From contig JBHGNT010000022.1 of assembly GCA_043228905.1 (NCBI GenBank), positions 11,656,001 through 11,720,000 of the forward strand: a stretch of 64,000 nt of DNA, read 5' to 3'. This document shows, in pieces, positions 23,401-35,170 of this stretch. Under the pieces are notes generated by a model. The model did no database searches. It saw only the letters and a list, made by a program, of their open reading frames with translations, and was not told the DNA's origin. A program made the position numbers and the translations under genes. Source of the DNA: Azolla caroliniana. Lineage: Eukaryota > Plantae > Polypodiophyta. Every line of letters starts with the position of its first letter. Positions within the stretch are counted from its first letter, which is position 1.

Positions 23401-25159
23401 CGTGTTCGTCGATGCCTCGGACATAGCAATAGGAAGTGCACAAATGTAGCTCACCGAACCAAGCTGGTACCGGCTAGTATACTACGCTAGTCGCAAATTA
23501 TCAACAACAGAGCGTAACTACTCCACAACGGAGCGGGAGGCGCTAGGGATGATCTATAACATCAATAAATTCCGGCACTATTTACTAGGAAGGAAATTCA
23601 CGTTCCATGTGGATCATTCGGCACTTCTGTATTTGGTGGAGAAACAAGCCCTGACAGGGAAATTGGTGCGGTGGATGCTACTGCTCCAGGAATTCGATTT
23701 TGTAATCCAACACCGACCAGGGACGCAACACGCAGTGGCGGATTTTTTGAGAAGACTCGAGAATGGAGAAACATTACAGAAAGATGACGACGATTTTTCG
23801 GACGCCGACATCCTGTGGGTAGCGACACTAGCAGAAAGAACGGAATTGACCTTTCCGGACCGGTGGCTTATGGAAATGACGTACTTTTTAACTACGGGAC
23901 TGCCTCCACCACAATTACGCACGGACGAGAAGAAACGACTAGCCATCCGAAGCCGTCACTTCTGCCTCGTCGAAGGCGTTTTATATCACAAAGGAAGTGA
24001 CGGCATTTGGCGACGTGGGGTACGTCAGGATGAGAAGGAAGTAGTTTTACGGGAGGCACACTGCGGCACGGCAGGCGGCCATTACGCGGGCGACGTTACA
24101 ACCCGGAAAGTATGGCAGGCGGGCTTATGGTGGCCAACAACGTAGACAGACGCATCCGAGTATTGTAGAAAGTGTGATTTGTGTCAACGAATGGGACAGC
24201 CCATGGAGGGCGCAAGAATGCCACACCAGCCCGTATTACCACTAGACCCCTTCCAAAAGTGGGGATTGGATTTTATGGGGCCCTTCACACCAGCGGCAGC
24301 CCATACGGGCAATAAATACATATTGGTAGCCATGGATTATTGCACCAAATGGGTAGAAGCAAAGGCACTATGTGAAAATACGGCGGCTATCACAACCAGA
24401 TTCCTTTACGAGCACATATGGTGCCGGTTCGACTATCCGATTGAGCTCATTAGTGACCAGAGGAGTCACTTTCTCAATATGGTGGTTTGAGAACTAACAC
24501 ATCATTACGCCATAGTCCATAAGAAGAGCACGCCATATTATCCGCAGGCGAATGGATTGAAGACGTTACAGACCATTTTGAAGAAAATCGTCAATGAAAA
24601 TAGAACAGACTGGGATACCAAACTACGGAGTGCGTTATGAGCGTACAGAACCAGCTACAAAACAAGCATACAATCAACACCGTTTCGACTAGCGTTTGGG
24701 CTAGAGGCTGTGATGCCGGTCGAATTTCAGGTACGTAGTTTGCGAATTCAGGTATGGAACTGACTATCAGAAGCCAAGTCGGAGGAGGTACGACTCTACC
24801 AACTCCTCGAACTAGGGGAAAAACGCGTCCACAGCATGGCTGTGTTGGAGCAGGAACAATGACGGCGTAAAGCGTTTGTGGATCGACATCAGAACGCTAG
24901 GGAAAAGGAGTTCGCCGTGGGTCGAATAGTGCTGGTTTTCCAAACTCGCATGGGCCATATGCCGGGGAAGTTACGATTGCGCTGGACGAGCCCATACTGG
25001 ATAATTGGAGTGGAAGAAGGCACGTTCCAACTAGGTACGTTGGCCGGGGAAGTAGTCCAGAAAAAGGTGAATGGGTTTCGGCTCAAACCTTACATGAGCC
25101 CTACGCCACCGAACCCATTCAGCACCGACCAGGACAGAGCCGGAGAACCCGCACCGTAA
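20445..25159 (+). pseudogene. B2 gag-pol (multiple stops and frameshifts)
   Basis: CPICHSKAHTVDQC, WLSPIVVVPKK, RVCVDYRKLN, FLDGFSGYNQ, FVDASDIAIG and WGLDFMGP motifs. Confidence 0.9.
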
Positions 25160-25459
25160 ATGAGCGACCCCACTTGTACCATAATGTAAAAATAGGTTGT
25201 AGATAACCGTTACGAAAAAGAAAAAGAAAAAGAAAAAAGAAAACAAAAGGAGAAGATAGCGACTATTAAAACGACTAAAGACATGCACAAACTCCTAGTC
25301 CAAGAACACGCGGCACCACGATGGCTCACCGCCCAATGAACCATAAGCCACAAAAAGAAGGAAACAGAAGATTTTCTGCACAAAACAGAAACTCATCTTC
25401 TAGCGATCAGCGCTTCCATCGCTCCTCCCCCTCACCTTCTCCTCCATCCTATCACATAG

Positions 25460-28236
25460 CTCTAGCCCACCGCAACCACCAGTCTCCTTCCCACGAACCT
25501 CCTTTGGCGATGGCTCGTGGAGAAACGCTTGGATGGGTACATCCGGGTTGCAGAAGCACCCCCACACCCGGATGCCATGGACATCGCCAGGAAGCTCAAC
25601 ATCGACACGGTCACCAACTCCTCCATCCGGAAGAAGTTGGACCTGTCATCGCTAGGCGAAAGGCATTTCGACATCCCTCCTGTAGAGGCGCTGCAGCGAT
25701 ATTTCGGGCCATATTCCTCCTCCGCCAAGGCCTATAGAACCAAGCAGATTCCGGATCCCTTCTTCCGTGAAGTGGCCAAGTTCTTGCTAGAAGTCAGCTG
25801 CGTACATGTCAACGCATATGGGATGCCTAAGCAGAAGGCATGCATCATTATCGATACCTTTGAGGGGCGCGCGGTAGATTGGGGGTCATCACGAGGCCGG
25901 TGTTAAGGGAAGGCCTGCATGCATACCAGGCAGGCAAAGCTCAGGCCGATCATACAACAGTACCTTACGGTACTATTTCCACCCTGAGGCCTGCCGGCAC
26001 CGCAGCCCAACCAGCCCATGCCCCCGCCTTGATCCGCAAAGCGCAGGTTAGCGGAGTTATCGGCCTCAGAGTGGGAAGAGGAATCCCAAACCGCCCAGCC
26101 TGACCCAAGGACAACACCACCTACCGACCAGCCGGACACCCGGACAATGCAGGAGGAAGAGCCGGCACGTTCCATGGAGGCAACCCCAAAGCCAGACACC
26201 AAAACACGGCAGGATAGCCCTAGACCGAAACAACGTAGATTGGACAGGAAGGATGGGCGGGGGTTGGTCAAAAACATTTCCACGGCGACAGAAACACTGA
26301 CCGAAGGCAATGGCTCCGCAGCTACGGAACCCAATACCACCTTCGAAATCATCCGGGAGCCACGACCGATCATTACGACCCAGTCCCAACGAGGGAAAGC
26401 CGTATTGACGGCGGAAAGAGAGGTTTTGGCATATCCGGATATCCCGGATATGGCCCATGAGTTCAGCGCCCTCTTACAGTTCGACACTTCTTTTGAGCTC
26501 ATGGAGTTCCTGGCAACACAGCAGGTAAAAGCCGCCCAACGAATGGCCGAAGAGCATGCGGAACGCCAGATGATTGAGCGCGCCCTAACACAAACCACGG
26601 AGAGCGACGATGAGGACCGGTTAGCCAGGGTCGGCAGACAGAGAAATGCCGGGGTACGCCGCGTGGGGATGGAGATACCCCCATTAAACACGACCCTAGT
26701 CAAAGTCCATTGGGAACTGGCAAAGGTCAGCACGGGCGCCAAGGAGATGGCCATAAAAAATAAGAATGTCTGGAAGAAGGTGAAATTGACCCAAGTCGAA
26801 CTACAAAAAGCCAATGAACGCATCGCGGAGTTGGAAGCTCACGCGGCTCTGGCGCAACACGCAACTCCGCTACCAAACCAAGCCATCGACGCTTTAGAGG
26901 AAGAAATTGAGGCTCAGACCGCCATCGCCTCAAAAGCGAAAAGGGCCGTGCAACTAGCGAAATTGATCGCCTTCGAGCGGAACTACGCCAATCCTCAGAT
27001 AGAGAAAAGGAGATACGGGCTAAGGGCCGGAAGGCAGTAATAACCCTGGAAGAGAAACTCGCTACGGAGGTAGGACAACACATCCGGACAAAAGACGACA
27101 ACGCCCAATTACGGGAGGATGCGAAGAAATTGGAGGCGGCAATCGCGGGACTCCGGGCCTTATTAGAAAAAAAGAAGGTATGGTTCGACGAGGAGTTGGT
27201 GGTCGAACAAGACCGAAGGCATCAACTCGAAATCCGCCTAAACAATGAAATGGGGAAACTAGAAGAACAACATGCAAAGGAATCCCAGCTGTGGGCGGGC
27301 CAGAAGGCCACGTACGAGGAAGCAGCGGTGGTTAAACAGCAAGAAATCGCAAATCTCCAGAAGTCGATGGAAGATGCACGCAACCGTTGCCAGGCCATCA
27401 CAGATAACGTGCGTATCCTTCTCCAAACAAATCGGGAGAGGTTTACAGCGCAATTGAAAACGGCGCTGGACAAAGGATGGATGGCGTGGGCAACCCAAGT
27501 AGCAGAATTGCACGCGTATTGTGTGGACTGGGAGAACCGGCGAAAAGACGGTCGAGGTTTCTATAAACTAAATGAGGAGAGCATTGCGGCCGTACGAGAG
27601 GACCTCGCGCAAGACTATCGTGCGCTAGCGGACCAACACTCCGAAGAACTCGCGCAACTCTTAGATGATTTTAGTGAAAGTCAGGAGGAGCTATTTCACC
27701 AGATCACACAAGCTGGCAACACGCGCACAAACGAGGAATCCATCGCGACGCCAATTTCGGGAACGACCGAAGAAGAGGAACCTCAGGCCCGATCACCAGA
27801 AATGACAACGACAGAGAACAGCGGGGATCGACGAACGGAGTTCCGCATAGGACCAGACAGCGAAACCACTGCGCAAAAAGAGGTTCATCCGCACGAGCCC
27901 ACGCTATCATCAGACCACACGGAGAACGGTGCTGGCCAGGCGGAATCTCCGTCCCACTCCCCGGAACGTACAAAAACGGCCAACACCACGGAGGACATAA
28001 CAATGGAGGCAGAGCCGCAGCCGACTGCAAGCACGACAACGGCGGAGCCTATCCCACTAGCTCGAGAAGAGCCCACCGTACTCGGACCGCCCACACACGA
28101 CAACTGCAACTCCGGGAGAAACCAGCTCGACCAGACAGGGGAGCCATACCAAGACGCACCTACGGGCCCTACGTCACCTCCGGACGCGGACATCGTAGCA
28201 GAGCCAAACATCCGGGCCATTTTGGAATCGGATTAA
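25460..28236 (+). pseudogene. B2 extra sense ORF after integrase (globular N-terminal domain, Pro-rich linker, long coiled coil, low-complexity tail)
   Basis: ORFs 25517-25906, 26147-27040 and 27130-28236 are homologous to the B1 extra ORF. Start is approximate. Confidence 0.75.
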
Positions 28237-28264
28237 CGGGATGGGTCCGATGTGCCAGGGCATT

Positions 28265-28281
28265 GTCCCACATGCGTGCCA
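28265..28281 (+). other. tRNA-Arg 3'-end-like sequence at the PPT position of B2
   Basis: GTCCCACATGCGTGCCA-GG|TGTTGTCC. Confidence 0.75.
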
Positions 28282-28699
28282 GGTGTTGTCCGCCGGAATA
28301 GTAACCGACGGACAAAAGCGTAGGAATAAGAAATAATATAAGAGCATAACGCATGTAACGGTTCACGCAGGAAGCGTGAACGGCTAAATAGACCCTGCGT
28401 ATATAAAGGGCAGAAAACCTCTAATAGAGGGGGCGTGTAATTTTGGGAATGTAAAGAAACGTCTCATAATAGAATTCTATCTTCTCTGATTTCTTGTGTA
28501 TAGCTATGGCTAATTCACTGTGTGTGTCTTGAATACCTAAGAGTTTAAGTATGTAAGTGTAGCCGTCTCCCTTATACGCTGATAGGTTACAGGGAACCTT
28601 CCCCTACGCATTACGCTTAGACACCTGTTCGTTGTTCCACACCCACTTGGAGGTCTAGGTCGAAGGACTGACCGCGGACCGTGTTCCTAATCGGCAACA

Positions 28700-31600
28700 G
28701 GCTTGTTTATTAACCAGGTAAAGGAGGGCCTAAGAGGTAATGCCGAAATTTACTGATGTTGTAGATCATCCCGAGGGCCTCTCGTTCTGTGGTTGAATAG
28801 TTCTTTTCCGTGGCCGATAGACGTCGGCTAGCATAATACACCGACCGATACCAATTTGGGGGCGTGCATTGCATAAGTGTGCTCCCGATGGCGATATCTG
28901 ATGTGTTCACGAAGATGTGAAAAGTTTCCGACCATATCGGGGGTTGTACAACTAGGGCATGCGAGAGCATTAATTTCAATTCTTGGTAATCCTTGTCCTC
29001 GATTGAAGTCCATTGAAAGGGGAGTCGATGCACTGCTGCGTGTAGTGTTATCGCAAAATCGGCCAGGTGACGTATCATCTAGCTGTGCCATCGGATTTGT
29101 CCCAGAAATCGGCTGAGGCCTATACTTTATCCGGGTCCATGGCGATACCTTCTTGATTGACGATATGCCCGAGTAGGTTGCTGCTTGTGACCAAGAACAC
29201 GCATTTTGCCAGGTTTAAACTTAACTGAGCCTGGCGACATCGATCAAGACAGAGACGTAACTGGTCATGTGTTCCAATCGCTGACCATATACGGCGAAGT
29301 CATCGAGAAAGACTTGCATGAATGCCGGATAATACTTGTTAAAAATTTCGGTGATGATGCGTTGGAACGTGGCTGGCGCCGTTTTTAAACCGAACATCAT
29401 TACTTCTGCCACGAAAACACCCCATTCCGTGACAAATGTTGTTTTCTCCTGATCATCCGGGTGCATTCTGATTTGGTTGTAACCATTGAACCCGTCTAGA
29501 AAGCTATAGCATTCGTGACCTGCCACCGTGTCGAGAACGCTATCCGTGAACGGAAGAGGGAATCCATCCGTTACCGTTGCAGTATTAAGCTGGCGGTAGT
29601 CGACATAGACTCGGATTTTCTCATTTTTCTTGGGGACGACTACGATTGGACTTAACCATGTGGCGCGTTTTACAGGTTGTATGAACCTAACTCAGAGGAG
29701 CTTGTCTATCTCTTCCTTGACCTTAGTTGCATAATTGGGGTTCAGCCGTTATCGTCTTTTGCTGAACTGGCCGAGTGTCTGGGAGAAGATGGATTTGGTG
29801 TTGGTAGTATTGTGGGTCCAAACCCTTCATATCCGTGTAAGACCATGCGAATACATCCTGGTAATCGGTGAGTAAATGTATGAGGGATGCTCGTTCGCCG
29901 GCTCGTAAGTTATTAGCAATCTGTAGGGTGCGAGGGTTCTCGTCCAAACCGAGGTTCAGTGTTTCGAGCGTTGATGCCTTCACTCATTGGGAGATGGCGA
30001 GTTCATGTTCAAAAGCGTCTCGAGCGTGTCGTAATTTTGCGATGGTGGTGGGATCGGGCTCATCCTAGGGAGGTGTATTCACCGTGACGTCCTCATCTAG
30101 AGGTGTGCCGACGGCCGTCATGGCATCGATTTCAAAGAGAGGTATGATAGTGGGATGGTCTTCTAGGAAGTCGTCCACCTCGTCATCGACTAACTTGTCG
30201 AGCATGTGCACCCCTTCTGCATATAACGGCGAGGTGTTGTGGGGCGTGGTTACGCGTTCTTCGGTTATGATCCGGACCTTGGTCTTTCCTTGGCAAAACG
30301 AGATCATGTTGCGCTGCCAATGTTGTTTGATATTTGCTATGTGCAACCATGGTCTGCCCAGTAACATTGGGTAAGCCCCCTGTGCTTCGAGTCGTAATAC
30401 AACGGCCGAGATAGTGAACATGTGGCCTCCTCGAGTAAAGTCGAGGTGGCGGATTAATCTGATGGGGCGAACCGATCGTGTGTCGGCCATCCGAAGCCAA
30501 AAGGGGCAAGGTTCCCATTGATTCAGGCCGAGTTTATGACAGGTAGCCTCATTGATGACATTCACACCAGAGCCCTCGTCAATTATGCACCCGTGTAGGT
30601 CCCTTCCTTTAATCATAATTTTTATGGCTGGATTCTGCGCATCCATGAGGGGTGGACCCGTCCCTGGCTCGGTCAGGTGCACAGGGGGCGCGGTGGAATG
30701 GGTGTTGGCCGTGAGTGTAGCCAAGGTGTCCCGAAAACGCGGCATGAGTGGTAAGAGTTTATGTAGAGGCAAGGAGATCCTGGAACTGGTAAGGGCGTCC
30801 CACAGCTGGTCATCTTCTGTCGACGTGGATGGTGCCGCGGACTGTGTTGCTCCGATGGTCGCGTCTCCCATTTCTGTTTGCATTCGCACCACATTGTTTT
30901 TGTTGGCCGTATCCATCCATTCTTTGGCTGCTTGCGGGACTTCATCCTGTACTTGCCATCGGATGGCCTGGGCTTTGCTGTGTGTTGTGACATTTTGTAC
31001 GTCGGCCATAATACTATTCACAGCAGGAGCCTTTCCGTGGTCTGTTGTTGGGCATTGCGTAGCGTAGTGACCGGGTTGGTTGCACTTGAAGCAGGTAATG
31101 TCGGCCCGAGTTGCTGGTACCAACCCGATCTGTGTGTGTGGGGGGGTGCGGTTGATTCCCGGCCTCGTGTGTTTGTGGGTTGGTCCAGGGTGCGTTCGAG
31201 CTGCGCGGTTCATTGTGCGGGGGGTCCCGACGACGGTTGTCGTTATTCCTTATGTTATTGCGCGATCCTCGGTGAGAGTTGCGCCGATCATTATGGAAAT
31301 TTCTCTGATCATATCGGTCATCCCGATCATCTTCATTCCGATCATAATCGTCGTTTGCCCGATACGGGTCATCGTGATAGCGATCACGGCGGTCGTCCGA
31401 TCTTCGTCGGTTGTCGTTTCGGTAACGGTCGTCGTCCCGACGGTAATCGTCATTACAGCGCCGTCTATCCGGCGATCGGGGTCGTTGGTTATCCTGGTTC
31501 CGGTAGGATTGTCGCTCGTCCTAACTAGAGTATGTATCCCTGGGCTCGATCTGGCGAACTGGGGCCGTCATTGTGTGGTTGAGCATATTGTATTCATAGT

Positions 31601-32396
31601 GCTTGACAGTGTGAGATCAGGACTGGTAGATTGGACACTGTGGCCGATGAGGACATTCGAGGGCCAGATGGCCCGATCCCGAGAAAACTGTGCATTGGAG
31701 GACTTGGTGGAAGTAATTGTCCTCTTGGGGAAGGGCGCTTTGCAGTGAACTCATAGCGAAAGCCGTGCTTTGCTGAGTCCAATTGAGGGCGAGGACGCGC
31801 GCTATGAATTGCTCGATCGTTTGGTTGGCAAAATTAGTAAGTGCGAGAGTCGTCCGTAGAGACTCCCGTAGGCTGGACAAGAATGCGTCTGGAATGTGCT
31901 ATGTAGAGACATCGTCGGCCACTTGTTTGTAGAGATCCCGGAACCAGATCGTGAATTGTGCGACCGTCTCGTGCGGTTCTTGTCGCATGGAAAAGAACTG
32001 TCGAAACAATTCTCGTTTGGGCACCTCGCGATGGAACAGTTCTAGGAACTGCGTGCAAACGTCATGGAAGGTGGCAAACTCCCCTGTGTCGAGGCCAGAA
32101 TACCATCGCGCAGCTGGTTCATCGAGGGATAGCGTAAACTCGGCAATTTTTGAGGCCTTGATTTCGGTAGGCAAGAGTCGCTGTGTTGAGTGGTTGGCAT
32201 GCCAGGTGGACACGAAGGCACGGATGTGCGACTCCGCGTTGGGGCTGTCGGTGTATCGTGCGTGGGTCAGGATAGGGCATGGTATCGAATTCAGGGTCTT
32301 TCGGTAAAACCGGAAAAGGGTTAGGGTCATGGTGGTTGACCTCTGGAGGGCTTGGTGGAGAGGTTGATGTGGACTCAACTCGTGACCGAGTAGCAA
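28700..32396 (-). pseudogene. B1 gag, protease, RT and a second copy of the RT/RNase H segment
   Basis: CFKCNQPGHYATQC, IIDEGSGVNVI, FLDGFNGYNQ and FLDDFAVYG motifs. 28700-29410 duplicates 15354-16131. Confidence 0.88.
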
Positions 32397-32585
32397 GTGG
32401 CGAGGATTGCAACCGGTGAGCCTCCGATATTTCTTGGAAAAACTGGTCCGTGACCGCCTAGTCGGAAGAGCCTTCGACTAACTCAGGGCGTCGGCCAAAT
32501 GGCCGAGACCGCTTGGTGTGATTGGGCGCCGTAATGGCGGCTAAAGGTTGTTTTCAACGTAGTTCACTGTGATCTCACAGCTGTA

Positions 32586-32598
32586 ACCGGGCGTGCCA
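32586..32598 (-). promoter_or_regulatory. B1 primer-binding site, tRNA-Arg type
   Basis: TGGCACGCCCGGT just inside the 5' LTR, complementary to a ...GGGCGTGCCA tRNA-Arg(TCT) 3' end (tRNA sequence recalled, not looked up). Confidence 0.75.
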
Positions 32599-32603
32599 AA
32601 TTG

Positions 32604-33088
32604 TGCTAACCGTTCTGTTGGTAACACCTTCGATATGCCTACAAGCTATCGGTATCAAGGGAAGTGAACGTGAAGACTTGTGCACGGAGGCGTCGTTAGG
32701 GGAAGAAAACAGAGAGCCTACCCGGAATAGAGCCCGGGTCGTATACGTAATCGAGACCTTAGAAACGACGGCACATAGATGAAAACAACAAGAGCTAATA
32801 GATATTGATTACTGCAAACAATTATCGATGATTACAAAAACACGGCTCCCAGCCGGTGACCTTACAAAGCTCTTATATCTATGAAATGACCTCGCCTAGG
32901 CTCTCGATATCTCCCCCTTGCCGAGGTATGCAGACCTTTGTTTATATATTTTTTCTTCATACAGAGCCGAGCGGTCAGCTGACTGTGAGGCTCGAAACTC
33001 GGCGTTTACCTAACTCTCCTTATCTACTCGCCTTACCTACCAGCATATTACATTTAACTAATTTATATTTTTTGGCCTATTCACAACA
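32604..33088 (-). repeat. B1 5' LTR
   Basis: Direct repeat of 2481-2966. Inner boundary is either 32602 or 32604. Confidence 0.88.
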
Positions 33089-33092
33089 CTCT

Positions 33093-33699
33093 CCAGTCTC
33101 GGCGTTTTTCAATCCTGCTGCATACTTCTTTGACGGTCGCCCAGTCAGTCGTGAGACCTCCGTTGGTTTCCAGAAGAAGACCCACGCTTTCCCAGACGCG
33201 CGAATCGAAAGATGTCACGAAAAATAGGACTTTGCTTATTTCGAGCACGGTTCGGTCCAATCTAGAGAGTCGCGCGAACCGTGACTCGAACTCCTGGAGG
33301 AGCATTGAAGCGTTCTGACCCTTGCCGGGGCTGTTGACCTAGTCCATAAAATCCTTTCTTGATATCCGGAGTGAGTCGTCATAGCTGTACCTCTCGAGAA
33401 CTTCCTCTGCGAATTCCGCCCAATCGCGACAGCCTGCTTGAATCTCGACCATCTCTGTATGGATGTGTGGTGTTACGACCCGGGGAAACCCCGCTAGCCG
33501 TCTATCTTCAGGTATGTTTCTTATCTGCATTTCAGATTTTGTAGGCCTCTAAGTAACTCGTGGTGTCCTTTCCGCCAAACCGGCCTATCTTGCCAACCGT
33601 TGCTTCTATGGTCCGGTCGAGGGCACTCACGCCTTCGCGAGCACTAACCAGGCGGTCTACCGCCACCGCCATTGCTTCTGCCAGTTCGCTTCCTCTCAT
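33093..33699 (-). pseudogene. A1 gag N-terminal half
   Basis: MRGSELAEAM..., IPEDRRLAGFPRV and LLETNGGLTTDWA match A3 gag. Confidence 0.85.
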
Positions 33700-33724
33700 C
33701 TCTAGATTCCTTTGCCACCCTTTT

Positions 33725-33741
33725 TCACGTCGGGTTCACCA
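33725..33741 (-). promoter_or_regulatory. A1 PBS complementary to tRNA-Trp
   Basis: TGGTGAACCCGACGTGA; plant tRNA-Trp(CCA) ends ...TCACGTCGGGTTCA-CCA. Confidence 0.85.
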
Positions 33742-33975
33742 AAGATGTCGAGGAAATCCTCGCAGATGCGTGGAAGTCGGGCAGGACCATGGGGGTTTCA
33801 TACTGAGGAATCGAGGAAACGAGAAGGGAGCTGTTTGAGAATTGCGTAGGTCTTGGGACTGCGGGAAAACAAGTAATGCTAGCAATCGAGAGAGGGTAAA
33901 AGAGTCGTGCGTAGACACAGACACGGGCAAGACACTGAGAACAACGTTTGTTAGACAAAGAGGGTTTCTATTAAA

Positions 33976-34340
33976 CAACACAAGTGCACAGTGCGGTGGG
34001 TGATTACAGTTGGATCAGAGCCAGTGATGGAGCGTGGAGCTTGGTAATCAACACAAGTGCACAGTGCGGTGGGTGATTATAGCTGGATCAGAGCCGGTGA
34101 TGGAGCGTGGAGCTTGGTAATCAACACAGGTGCACAGTGCGGTGGGTGATTACAATTGGATCAAAGCCGGTGATGGAGCGTGGAGCTTGGTAATCAACAC
34201 AGTTGCACAGTGTAGTGGGTGATTACAATCGGATCAAAACCGGTGATGGAGCGTGGAGCTTGGTAATCAACATAGGTGCACAATGTGGTGGGTGATTATA
34301 GCCGGATCAGAGCCGGTGATGGAGCGTGGAGCTTGGTAAT
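33976..34340. repeat. 5 x 73-bp tandem array inside the A1 5' LTR
   Basis: Units start at 33976, 34049, 34122, 34195 and 34268. Confidence 0.95.
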
Positions 34341-35170
34341 AGCCAGACACGAAGGTGCGTTGGCACGCTGAAGGTCGATCCCCTAGCCGGGAGCACTCGG
34401 GCGTCAGACGCGTGCAGGGGAAGCGCCTTCCGATGATCAGTTCTCCTCCTCTTTTCTGTATCTCCTCTCCTCTCCTCTCAACGGCCTCCTCAAGACAGTC
34501 GAAGGTCGCCCCCTTTATAGCACAATGAGTGACCGTTACAAGCATTCATGACTCGTCGCTTTCCCTTCCTAAATCCTCTCCCCTCGTAACTCTCTCTACA
34601 TATGTGATGTCTATTTCTTCATTAATGTCCCGACTACCTAGTACCCCTCTGTATACTCATGCCTAGTACTTTCCCTAGCTAATTCTCTTGAGGCGTGCAC
34701 TCGCGTAAACCGGTGTTCTTGCGCGTTTCACCTTGTTTCTACCTATGGCTCGGAATCTTCACAACAACGTGGAAAACCCTAATCAGAAAAAACCACAGGA
34801 GCCCACAGACTCCGAACTATCACAATATGAGAGGAAATACAAAGTGGAAATACACAGGCAACGACCTTGTACTCGCGATCTTTGCCAGACGGCGGTTACA
34901 ACAGAAAGTGCTTGTAGCTACTCTCTCTCTTTTAGTGTACAACAATCATAACAACAACCCTCTACAACTCTCTGTAAAGTGATTGCCCTAAGTCATATTT
35001 ATACTTCTATGACTTTTAGGTTGTTTACAAATATAGCCTCAATGGGCTTACTCTAACATATTTACAATATATGTCCTTGGATCCGGTTCGTACCGGATCC
35101 ATCCAGATCCATCCGGATTCACTGGTTCCGGTTTTTGGATTTTATCCGGAACCCTTCTGAATCTGGCTTC

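Larger units (their letters stand above)
20445..28699 (+). mobile_element. family B element B2, 5'-truncated, with 3' LTR 28284-28699
   Basis: Gag zinc knuckles, PR, RT, RH, IN and extra ORF in order, then TGTTGTCC...GGCAACA LTR with TATATAAA near 28400. 5' LTR and PBS not found. Confidence 0.85.
2481..33088 (-). mobile_element. Ty3/gypsy (Athila/Tat-like) LTR retrotransposon B1, expanded to about 30.6 kb by nested insertions
   Basis: Direct repeats at 2481-2966 and 32604-33088. TSD CTCT(T/C) at 2476-2480 and 33089-33093. PBS 32586-32598. Order on minus strand is gag-PR-RT-RH-IN-extra ORF. Confidence 0.88.
1..34766 (-). mobile_element. Ty3/gypsy LTR retrotransposon, family A copy A1; 3' part lies outside the window; interrupted in gag by element B1
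   Basis: 5' LTR 33746-34766 (minus strand TGTTGTGAAG...CTCGACA), PBS at 33725-33741 and gag ATG at 33699 (MRGSELAEAM). Removing 2481-33088 and one TSD copy rejoins gag in frame (RRDWREKGSSSVGP...EETRRWL), matching A3 (KRREWADNG...EETREWL). Right flank is ACGT. Confidence 0.88.

Noticed and set aside
25460-28236. True envelope gene
   Set aside because: No signal peptide or transmembrane anchor is visible; kept as an extra ORF of unknown function.
33976-34340. Regular repeat array as a CRISPR locus
   Set aside because: Units are contiguous near-identical 73-mers with no unique spacers, there are no cas genes, and it lies inside an LTR.
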